Positions 53,400 through 64,000 of a stretch of DNA of 64,000 nt are shown here, in pieces; position 1 is the first letter of the stretch; each line of letters begins with the position of its first letter. The position numbers and the translations under genes are program-made. Source of the stretch: Lama glama (taxonomy: Eukaryota); contig CM052817.1 of NCBI GenBank assembly GCA_028534125.1, positions 87,732,001 to 87,796,000 of the forward strand. Reading direction: 5' to 3'. The notes under the pieces were generated by a model. The model worked only from the letters and a program-made list of their open reading frames with translations. It had not been told where the DNA came from and searched no databases.

Positions 53400-53957
53400 T
53401 GAAGTAAGCAGTCTCCAAGAAGGTCCCACTGCCTCCTGATCCTCATGTTCTTGTGTAATCCCTTCCCATCAACTGTACACAGAACTTGCTGACACACTTC
53501 TAGTGCAAAAAAATATGGCAAATATAACATTATATCATTTCCAAGATTAGGATAAAAAAGACTGTGACTTCCATATTGTGAAGTCTCTAAGTCTCTCTTG
53601 GATCATTCAAGCTAAGGGAAACAAGCTGTCATTTTGTGAGTAGATCTCTGACTGTGGAGAGGCCTAGGTGGCAAAGTGAAGAACTGAGGTTCTCTGTCCA
53701 AAAGCCAGCAAGGAACAAACACATGCCAAGAATCACGTGTGGGACTTTGGAAGCAATTCCTTTGGCTCTTGTCAATCTTCCAATGGCTACAGCTCCAGCC
53801 AACAACTTGACTGCAACATCATGAGAGATCTCTAGCAAGATGTACTTAGCTAAGCTGCGCCCAGATTCCTTGTCCATACACAGTGAGATAGTAAGCGTTT
53901 GCTTTTTTAAGCTATTAAGTTTTGGAATAATTGGGTACTCAGTGATAGATAGAATAC
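53400..53957 (+). mobile_element. MaLR solo LTR (MLT1F-like)
   Basis: cccactgcctcctgatcctcatgttcttgtgtaatcccttccc; ccagccaacaacttgactgcaacatcatgagaga; agctaagctgcgcccagattcct; ttttaagctattaagttttggaataatt. Confidence 0.88.
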
Positions 53958-56559
53958 TGGGTCAAATAGGACTCAAAATTGTGATTATTTTCAAAAAAAT
54001 TTTGGTAGAAACATTGAAACCACTTAATAATACTATTTTGTAGATAAAATTTAATTAAAGATTTAAATACTTCTCTTCATGCACAAACTCTAATTTTGTC
54101 CTATACTATACGCATATGTATGTGGAGATACAAATTTTAATCACTTAAGAAGGTCTTTTTAAAATTTTTATGATTATATATTAATTTGATTATTTCTACT
54201 TTAATGAACGGTTTTCATCTTTATGCATTTACTACATTCTTGAAGAACTCCATATTTTTACAATGTTATTTATGGCTGCTATATAAACACATGGCTATAT
54301 TTATATAACACATACATACATATTTGTATTGGGACAATACTTCTTGAATTAATTAAATAATCTAAACTTCAAATTTGAGGTTAGTAATAATGATCATTTG
54401 GAAAAGTATACTCCATATCTTTTAAAATTAAGGAATACAGGAATCACTTAGTATTTCACATGGAAAGATTTTTAAATACATTATCTTAGGCTACTGCTGT
54501 TCTATTAGTATGTATGAGTAACTCAAAATAATAACATTTATTCAACATTCTAAAATATATAATATAAAACCTCAATGGATTTAATAATTTGTGTACCTGT
54601 TTTTCCTCATAAATATAATAAACCCAAGAAATATGAGCATATCACAAAAATATGTATTATAATAATTCAACACTACATTGAGTTTTGTGTAATAGCTCTG
54701 TTTTAGATTATTAGCACTGTGAATTGAGAGCTATCATACAGTCATGTAGTTATATTACAAGCCCATCATGCATCAAATTGTTTGCTATTTTACAGTAGAT
54801 AATTTCTTGCTTAATATGTGTATTTTATTAATATAGTTTCGGTTTAATGTTCTGCTTAGAATTAAGAAAATTAAAAATTTTTATTCTTATATGCCTTTTT
54901 TGCTAACTATTAAATAACTGCATACTATTTAAACATCTTTAAGATATTTGAATATTTAATGATAAAATGTTTTTATGATCAAACTTATGCATTATATTTA
55001 ACCATGAATTAAAGAGAAAGAAAAAATATATAATGGAAGATTAGACTGATTTTTTCTCACAAAATTATTTAAAATCATTCATAATTGCTTCCAACTACCC
55101 TTTTTAATATATTTATGAATAACATATTTGATAATGGATATGAAAAATGTACCATAAAACAAAGTTCACATATTGAATTGTAACCTGTGACAATCTAACT
55201 AAAGCATTTGAATCGACCTGCAGAGCTCTTTAACATATTTTGTAAATAAAGCCAAGTCCATTATAGTAGAGTTATACAAAAAACATTTTTAACTCTTCAT
55301 ATTTTAACCACAAAGTAAAACCTTAACATAGATATAATTTTAATGTATTTTCTAATGAGGTGCTTTAAAAATAAATTACATATTGGATGCTCAGCAAGTT
55401 TCTAATAAAAGAAATAATATGTAGCCAGTTAACATACTCTAAACTTTTGATGCAACAAAAATCTGTAATTAGCAGCATGCAACATTACCAAATTTTTAAA
55501 AATGGTTGTAAACTTAAAATAATCCAGAGACACATGGTTGACCCCAATAAGCCAATCAAATACCAAGGCAAATGATAACTCCTTTAAGAAACATATGCTT
55601 TAAAATCTTAAATACTAACATTTCTTATTATATATAACTTTTAATCTAAAGAAAATATTACTTGGTGTAAGTGAAAATACTTCACTTTATCAATTGCCTA
55701 TCAAATTTGAATCTCAAATAACAATGTAGAGTAAAATTTAATTAGAATAATCAATGAATTAAAATATTTATTATTTTTTTCCTTAAAAAAAGACTATCTT
55801 GTTTTAGAACACTTGGACCAAGTATGCATGTTATCAATAAAAATAATTAAGAATATGAAATCCTGAAATGGTTCTGTTCTGCAGCCACGAAGTTGGAGGG
55901 AAGTAAAGTATTAACAATTTGATGAATCGTCTCATTAATTAACTAAGGCATGATTATAATTCTTCTGGTCAGAATCATGGGAATGAAGTTGAAATTCAAA
56001 ATCAAAAGTTTACCAGGAAATTTGAGTTTAGAACATTGTTTTGCTTATGAAATCTAAATATGTATTACATTTCATGATGCAACTGAACAGTTAGCAAAAG
56101 TATAGAACATTGACTCTATCCATTTATATAGTGAAATTTAGAGAAACATCAGTAAAAAGAAAACAAAGTTTAAAAGAGTATGGTACACTTATCTTTTCCA
56201 TTCTCATTAGTTTAATAAAGTTTTCAAGGTTGTAAGAATAGCAGCATGTGACATTTCTAATAAGTTTTGGAAACAGGCAAACAAGAATGTTGCTTTTATC
56301 TAGTATTCAAATGAGCCCAAAGTGAACTGATGATAATTATTTTATAATCAGTGGATATTAAGGGCTACTGAGACATTACCTGGGGCACTAAATTATGTTT
56401 TTTACGTTTCTTTTTAGAGCTTTACCTGTGTAACAATTGTCTCCTTGTCATGTCCTCTCAGCACTTTAATTTACAAACAATAGCACATCTCCCGCCATAA
56501 CAATGTGATAGTTTTGGTTTTCAACATACAATAAATTAAGTCTCATAAAGATTAAATAC

Positions 56560-58460
56560 ATTTAAAAAATCAAAAGCATAAAAAACAAATTTGAAAAGAC
56601 TTGAAAGTCTTCTTTCACCTTTCTCTTTTTTTTCTACACTCACATCCCCAGAAACAAAGACTTAACATTTTTATTGTGCATCTTTTCAGTCATTACCACT
56701 ATGTTTACCTACATTTATATGTGCACATACAAAACTCTCCTTTATACAAAATAGGTTATATTATGTATTTGTCTGTGACTACTTTATCAAACTAAAAATT
56801 TCATGATGAACTTTCTGTAAAATATCTCATTTAGTCTTGAAGACTTCATGGTGTTCCATGGTCATTTTTAATGAATATGCTTATTTAAGGATAATATACA
56901 TGCAGAAAATGAAACAAATCTTTAAGAAACAGATCAATGAAGTTATCTTGAGTGAACATATTTATGGAATCACCACATTTGAATCATGATAAAGAATACT
57001 TCCCACTTTCCTGAACATCCCCTCCTGTCCCATTATAGTTACTGCAGCACTTCCCACCCAAGGCAAACACACTCCTGTCTCCTAAGATACATAATGCTGT
57101 TATTCAAATTGATATAATTATATGGATGTGTTCTTTCATATTAGGTTCTTTTGACTAACATTGTATTTGTGAGATTTATTCTTGTTATTGAATTTTTCAG
57201 AATTTTTCTTAATTGCTGGAGCATATTCCATTAAATAAACATTAATTTAGCCATTTTGCCATTGAAGAGCAATTCTGCATTTCCTAGTTTCTATCTATTA
57301 TGAATAATGCTGCTATGAACATTCTTGTACATGAATGTTGGTACCCATTTGGAAGCATTCTGTTGTGTATATACCTATACACCAGTAAAATTGCTAAGGT
57401 ATAAGGTCAGCCTAAGTAGATGTTGCCAAAGAGATTTCCAAAGTCGTTTTATTAATCTCTACAGGTACTTTTTTCTTTTTCCAGTTTTAGAAGCATCATT
57501 TGATTCTTAAATTCTGTCATGAAATGTTACATGTTGACTTGAATTTCTTTATATATTAACTGGAATTATTTTAAAAGAAGTCTGATGACTCCAATATCTA
57601 GATTACCTGCAAGTCTATATTCTTTTCTTAATATTTTGTAAATTTGGTCCCATCTCTTGGCGCTCCTGAAAACTTTTATTGTATGCTGGATATTGTGTAC
57701 AAAAAACTTCATAGTTAACTTGAGGCTCAGAGGAATTGTTGTCTTTCAGAGGGTATTTACTTTTTCACTTGGTAAGCAATTAGAGTAGGGACATAGCTCC
57801 TATTTCAGTCTTAATAATAATAATAATAATAAATAAATAAATAAAGTTGTTTTTGAAACTTGTTCAACATTTCTAATTTGTGATTGCTTCTACTGTGTTT
57901 CTCTAGGACTCTACTTGGGATTTTTAATAAAACTTTTCCTCCTTGGCTTGACCTTTGATTTTTATCTAAGCATGCCCATGGGCCATCTTAGTGGTTATTT
58001 CCTGATTGATTCTCACCTTCTTGGATGCATATGAATTGGAAAACTTTCTGAGGTTAAAGGTAGTGCAGAAGGTTGGAATCACGTCAGTGCACTTTCTGTC
58101 AAGAATCATGGCCTTTCAAGTGCTATCTGCCTTAGTAATCAACACTGAGTTTGCCTTAGTGCTATGAGGCTGCTAATGCTCAGCTAAGTTTCTCAGCCCC
58201 TTATACGCTACTTTCTGCTCAGCTTTGTAGCCACTCAGTCCCATGCTACACTTGGCAAATACTTTGAGGGAAACTGCCACAGGATGTTGGGCTCACCTCA
58301 CTCCGTTTCCTTCCTCTTGGGGATCCTGGTTCCCCAAGTCTTGACTTGCTTGCTTTCTTCATGCTTAAAACACATGCTCTTTGGTATATTTTTTCTAAAT
58401 TTTTCTTTCCGTACGATGGGAGAAAGAATGATACTCTGTTCTTAGATGTTAACACAGTGG
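56560..58460 (-). mobile_element. Old L1M (L1MC/ME-like) fragments: 3' region then 5' region
   Basis: attatgaataatgctgctatgaacattcttgtacatg (~57298-57334); gttgggctcacctcactccgtttccttcctcttggggatc (~58286-58325). Confidence 0.7.
57812..57845. repeat. (AAT)n(AAAT)n microsatellite
   Basis: taataataataataataataaataaataaataaa. Confidence 0.9.
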
Positions 58461-59399
58461 CTTTATGTAAGTGATTTTACATAGGTCTGTAGGGAATTTA
58501 CTAAAGCTTTCAAGAAAAGGATTGAACAGATTTTATAATTCTCAGTTTCCTTCTCATGGTATAAAAGAAAAACTCCTTTAAGAGAAATAAAGACAAATTA
58601 CAGCCAAGTTTTAAAAACCCATTCTCTAAACTTACCTTTATAATACCCAGAAAATTATATGAATAGGAAAATAAATTTCTATCAATCTGGAGACCAAAAA
58701 ATAAAAACTGAACATAAAGAGAATCTAGGAGAATATCATAATAAGTCAATACTGACAGCACTAGCTAAGGAAACTGTCAGTGGCCAAAATCTGCTCTATT
58801 GGCTCTGCAGGTAGGTTTTTCAGAAAATAAGGTAGTAATTTATCAATACCTGTTGGGATTCTTTTGGCACCAAGATTGATTATAAGTGAGCAGGGACAAT
58901 CTAGATACCATGTTTGTTCTCTAATACCAAAAAAATATTTTTTTTTAATTCAAGTATAAATAAATAAAAATGTGTCTTGAAAATCATATGTTAAAGTTTG
59001 ATATTATTATTGTTCTTCCTCCACAAATACATGTATTATAGGATAGGAAAACAACCTGACAAATATTTATTCTTTATTTCACCACCATATAATATAGCTG
59101 TAATGAGAAATATCAGCCAATAGTTGAATCAATATTGTCAGAGGCAGTAAAGAGATACGATCCTGTGATACTGCATCAATATGTAGGAATACAAAACTTG
59201 AGAAACTGAGAAATACCAACACTATAGAGAAAAATGAAAATGATAAAAAATATCAAAATATAAGAAAGGAGGTTGAAAAATATCAAATAACAATAATGTT
59301 TCCCAAAATAAAACAAAACACTGTAGGTTAAAAAGCACCAGTTAAGTTGTGAAAGCATTTTTTGTTATGTCAAACCTATCTTCAAAACTAAGCATCTTG

Positions 59400-59700
59400 T
59401 TTATCTTCTCCTCTTATTCATCATAAAAGTAAAAGGCTGTCAAAAGGCTTACAAAGCTGTATGCAATCTGGGCCCTTATTGTATCTCTGAACTCTTCTCT
59501 TACTATTATCCTGCTTTTGCATCCACTAAAGGCATCGTGGTCTGTTGCTGTTCTTTGGAACATGCTTCAGGTCTTTTGCATAAGCTATCTCCTCTGTCCA
59601 GTTCCTTCTACACGCATTCATGTGGCTTACTTTCCTACCTCCTTCAGATTTTAGCTCAAATATAAAAGCCTAATTTGAGTATTCATAAGAGTCACTGTTA
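59400..59700 (+). mobile_element. L2 fragment
   Basis: ggcttacaaagctgtatgcaatctgggcc...ctgttgctgttctttggaacatgc...catgtggcttactttcctacctccttcaga. Confidence 0.75.
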
Positions 59701-59899
59701 CAAAATCTTTAGATTCCAACAATTCATAAATTAAAAATTTGCCAAATAAATTAGAGTCCAGAAAGCCTTGAGAAAGACAAATGAATAAACAGAAAACAAT
59801 CAGAATTGAAAAAAAAAACTCAAGAAAACAAGCATGCACATTCTCTGTCTTTCTTTAGTCTTCCTTATATCATTCTCAAAAAACTAGGAATGTTTATCT

Positions 59900-60680
59900 C
59901 ATGTAATCACATAAGGAAAGCTTTAAAAGGGAAGTTGTATCTAAGCTTCAAGGTAATACAAATTCCTGGGAAACCAAAATTTAAACTTACAGTTCAATGT
60001 ACAAATTGGGCATTGTGAGGAATAAGGTGATAATTTAAATTCTAATAACATTTGACTCACATTAATTGCAGTGAGTTTCTGAACCCAATGCGATATTTTC
60101 ATCAATCCCTAAATGTGTAAGTGGAATGGGATATTTGGCACATAGCAGGACTCCCATCTTGGTTCCTTGATTTGAAGTTGAGTCAACTTATGATAGGATG
60201 AACACACTCATAATAATAAAAACAACCTTTTGCTATTTTCCATTGAGGGAGTTGAAGATTTGGGTGAACTTCAAAAATCTGAAAGATAGCCCTATGATTC
60301 ATAGCATATTCCTATTTTTGACTACTTTGATTACCATAAAAGACTAATAAATCTTTAATAATCAACTACTATAAAGTTATCATTTAATATGTCCAGTTGT
60401 AACTGCTATCCAGTTGTATTCTGATTATTAGAGCATTCAAATATATTCCTTGGCAATTGGTATGCTTTTATTGATCAGCAATTACATTTTCAATGGAACA
60501 TAAGTTAAAACACAGTAGCTTGCTTTCACCTGGCAGAAAATGCCCCAGGAATTTTCTACCTGTGGGATATATCAGCCCATTATGTCTGTGACATAACAGA
60601 GTTTTTAGAAATCTTATCTGATTCATCATTCTGCAGAATTTCATACTAGTCCACTATATTGTTAATATCATGTTAGCTAT
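59900..60680 (+). mobile_element. ERVL internal relic (protease to reverse transcriptase part of pol), heavily decayed
   Basis: Colinear degenerate RT motifs: WYAFID (60458-60475, cf. ERVL WYAAID), LPVGYIS (60556-60576, cf. LPQGYIN) and LVHYIVNIML (60646-60675, cf. LVHYIDDIML). Confidence 0.8.
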
Positions 60681-60684
60681 AATA

Positions 60685-60910
60685 ATACTAACAGCAATGC
60701 CAACTAATACGTATTGTTTATGTATGTTAATATTCTCTGTAAATTTTCAGTATAAACTCTACAAAAGAGTTAATATTATATTCATCATTTTATAATAGAG
60801 GAGAAAAAGTCACAGGGCTGTTAAGTAACTTGTCCCCAGTCACAGCTAAGAAGGTGCGGAGCGGGATTTAGCTCCAGGCAGTTTGATGCCTGAACACTTA
60901 TTCACTGTGA
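60685..60910 (-). mobile_element. MIR SINE
   Basis: gttaagtaacttgtccccagtcacagctaagaaggtgcggagcgggatttagctccaggcagtttga. Confidence 0.8.
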
Positions 60911-61030
60911 TTAACAACTAGTTGAGGCAGGATTAGCAAACTCTATTTATACCTTAATAGATGCACACATGAGAGAATAAGGAAGATGTATTTCTTGAAA
61001 ATGTAAGTACTCTCAGTGGTCCAGAGCATA

Positions 61031-61540
61031 TGTACTTGTTTTCTGTTGCTGTGTGACAAATTGCCACCAACTTAGAAGCTTAAAAGAACACAAATTTATT
61101 ATGTGATAGTTTCCATGGGTCAGAAGTCTGGGAATGGCTTTTCTGGATCTCTATTTAGTATCTTACCAGGCTGAAATGAAGGTGCCTAGACATTACTGTG
61201 ATTCTCATCAGAGCCTTAGGGTCCTCTTCCAAGCTCACTGGTTTTCAGCAGAAGTCATCTCCTTGCTGCTGTCTGACTGATCTCTGTTTCTGGCTAGATG
61301 CCAGGCAGTTAATGTTATTAGGTCCTAGAGGCTACCTGCAGTTCTTGGCCACATGGCCCCCATAGTCAGTTCACAACCTGGCTACTGCCTTCCTTCAGGC
61401 CAACAGGAAATAACCTCCCAGACTCTTTCTCTCCACTTGTCTGGGGAAAACTCTTTACTTTTAAATGCCTCTCTTGACTGGGTTAGAACCACAACTTTGG
61501 CATAGAATGCTCTCAACACTCACAAGTTCCATCCACAGTA
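61031..61540 (-). mobile_element. MaLR solo LTR (MLT1E-like)
   Basis: tgtacttgttttctgttgctgtgtgacaaattgccaccaacttagaagcttaaaagaacacaaatttattat...gggtcagaagtctggg...tcttccaagctcact. Confidence 0.82.
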
Positions 61541-61606
61541 ATCTGAAAGCATTGATGGTGAATCAATATCATATGGAACACACTGATAAGAGTACCACAG
61601 CAAATA

Positions 61607-64000
61607 GGAGAGGAGATCAAGATGGAGGAGTCGGGGAACTCAGAGCTCGCCTCCCCCCATTAACATCTCAAAAGTGCATCTACATGTGGAGCAATTCTCA
61701 CTGAAAACTAACTGGAGACTGGGAAGACTGCAGAAGGACTCTTGTACAACCAAGGCTGCAAGAAAGATCCACATGGAATTGGAAAGGAAGGAAAGATAAG
61801 TGATCAGATTGGAACCTGTGCCCTGAAGACCAGGGGATATCATGGCTCAGAGACCCTCCCTGGGGAGTGAGCAGTTCAAGCCACATATATGGTGCCCCTG
61901 CCTTGGAATATGACACTAGAAGAAAAGTGCCCATAGCTGGTTTGACAACCAGTAGGACTAACATCAAGTCCATAAGAAACATAGACTCCTCTCAAGATGA
62001 GTGTGCACACACTTGCTGAATCCTGAAACAAAGGAGTCCTGTGAAACTGCACAGGACTCTGGCCAGTTTCCTTTGACCCCCTGGTGTGTGTCCCAGCCTA
62101 AGCTGAATGCCTTCTTTGGCTCCACTTGCTCCGTGTCTCAGCTCCACACTAGGGCAAGGGCTGCTGCAGCCAATGGGTGTGCTCAATTGTTAGGAACAGA
62201 GCCAACTCAGACCCATAACAATATCTGAATGGAGTGGTTTCAGCCATTACTGGCATTTACAGAGACAGCACATCTAGAGTGGTCCAGGACTCTGACTAGG
62301 GCTAGGACTGCCACAGCCCACACCCCAACACATGCTGAGCACTGAGTCCAGCCCCTCCTTGCTCCAGGAGTGTTCTTCTCTGGGTATGAGTGTGCCAGTG
62401 CTGAGAAGGGACAGAGCAAATGCTAGGAGGGAATGGAGTCAGCGTGGACCAAATCTTCAAAGCTTCTGATCAAGTAACTTGAGATGCACCCCCAGGAGGG
62501 TGGTATTGGCCAATGAGCAGAGGAGAAGCCCTGGCTTGGCTCTCGTCCCTTCATCTTCAGCCCAACCTCATACCAAGCTGATAACTGCCAGCACACTTTG
62601 GGGGAAGATGTGAGTCTTGCTCACCTCAAATCCAGCTCTCCCACCAAAGCCTTTAAGCAAACACAAACTATATAGGTATGCTCCTACACAAAGACATCCT
62701 TCAAGACTGGAATACGTAACTGTTTCACCAAATTTCCTAGAGACAGAGAACTTTAAGAAAAGTGGGAAGAGAGAAGGAATTTGTTTCAATTGAAAGAACA
62801 GGAGAAAATACCTGAAAAAACAACTAATGAAACAGAAATAAATAATTTACCAAATAAAGAGTTCAGAGCATTAGTAGCAAGAATGCTAACTGCATTAGGG
62901 AAAGAAACAGATGAACACAGTGAGAATTTTAAAAAGGAACTATAAAATATAAAAAAGAACCAGTCAGAACTGAAGGTTATAGTAACTGAAATGAAAGACT
63001 AGAAAGAATGAATCAGCGTGAAACATCACATTAATAAGTTGAAGAATAAAAACTATATGATCATCTCAATAGATGCAGAAAAAGCTTTTGACAAAATTCA
63101 TTCCATCTATGATAAAAGCTCTCTAGAAACTGGACATAGAGAAAACATACCTAAACATAATAAAGACCACATATCACAAGCTCACAGCTAACACCATACT
63201 CAACAGTGAAAAGCTGAAAGCATTTCCTCTAAGATTAGGAACAAGACAAGGATGCTCACTCTCACCACTTTTATTCAATATAGTTTTAAAAGTCCTAGCT
63301 ACAGCAATCAGAGCAGAAAAAGAAATAAAAGGAATCCAAATTGAAAGGAAGAAGTAAAACTGTCACTGTTTGCAGATGACATAATATGGTATGTAGAAAA
63401 TCCTAAAGATGCCACAAAAAAAACTGCTAGAGCTCATCTATGAATTTGGCAAAGTTGCAGGATACAAAATTAGTATACAGAAATTGTTTGCTTTCCTATC
63501 CACTAATAATACTATCAGAAAGAGAAAGGAAGAAAACAATCCCATTTAAACTTGCAACACAAAAGAATAAAATACTTAGGAATTAACCAAAAAGGCAAAA
63601 GAACTACACTCTGAAAATTATAAACATTGATGAAAGAAACTAAAGATGATACAAAGAAATGGAAAGATATAACATATTCATAGATTGAAAGAATTAATAT
63701 TGTTAATATGACCATACTACCCAAAACACTCTACATATTTAATGTAACATCTGTCAAAATACCTGTAACATTTTCATAGAACTAGAACACATAATCCTAA
63801 AATATATATGGAACCACAAAAGACCCCAAATTGCTGAAGCAATCTTGTGGAAAAAGAACAAAGCTGGAGGTAACATACTCCCTGACTTCAGACTATGCTA
63901 CAAATCTATAATTAATCAAAACATCACAACACTGGCATAAAAACAAACACGCAGATCCATGGAAAAGAACTGAGAGCCCAGAAACAAACCTACATACTTA
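61607..64000 (+). mobile_element. LINE-1 with 5'UTR and start of ORF1 fused directly to mid-ORF2 (internal deletion); runs off the window end
   Basis: 5' end ggagaggagatcaagatggaggag. ORF1-like sequence at ~62760-63010 (NETEINNLPNKEFRAL). RT-coding sequence from ~63012 (atgatcatctcaatagatgcagaaaaagcttttgac = [12 protein letters not shown]; ctgtttgcagatgac = LFADD at ~63366). Frameshifted. Confidence 0.93.

Noticed and set aside
59985..60045. Minus-strand exon candidate ending at gtaagt
   Set aside because: It lies within the ERVL pol relic.
61465..63724. ORF cluster and locally higher GC as a gene or promoter island
   Set aside because: Explained by the L1 5'UTR/ORF remnants and the MLT1 LTR. 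The region is CpG-depleted.

Overview
AT-rich mammalian genomic DNA, most likely from a camelid. The inference rests on a tRNA-Ala(AGC)-derived SINE of the Vic-1 type at 42738 and on young L1 3' ends of a type I recall from camelid genomes. I recognise no protein-coding gene, RNA gene or CpG island. The window reads as intronic or intergenic sequence, roughly half of it transposon fossils: L1, L2, MIR, a HAL1-like element, MaLR/ERVL LTRs, an ERVL pol relic, and hAT and Tigger MITEs. The only ORF-track peptides with clear identity are broken L1 ORF2 pieces. The best-supported observations are retrotransposition events visible in the sequence: nested insertions with target-site duplications (TSDs), a twin-primed mini-L1, a possible 3' transduction, internally deleted L1s and a fold-back L1 patch. 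A few exon-like segments in the unique DNA are listed only as low-confidence leads. I found no well-supported novel biological system. Repeat family names come from recalled consensus motifs rather than a database search, and boundaries of old elements are approximate.
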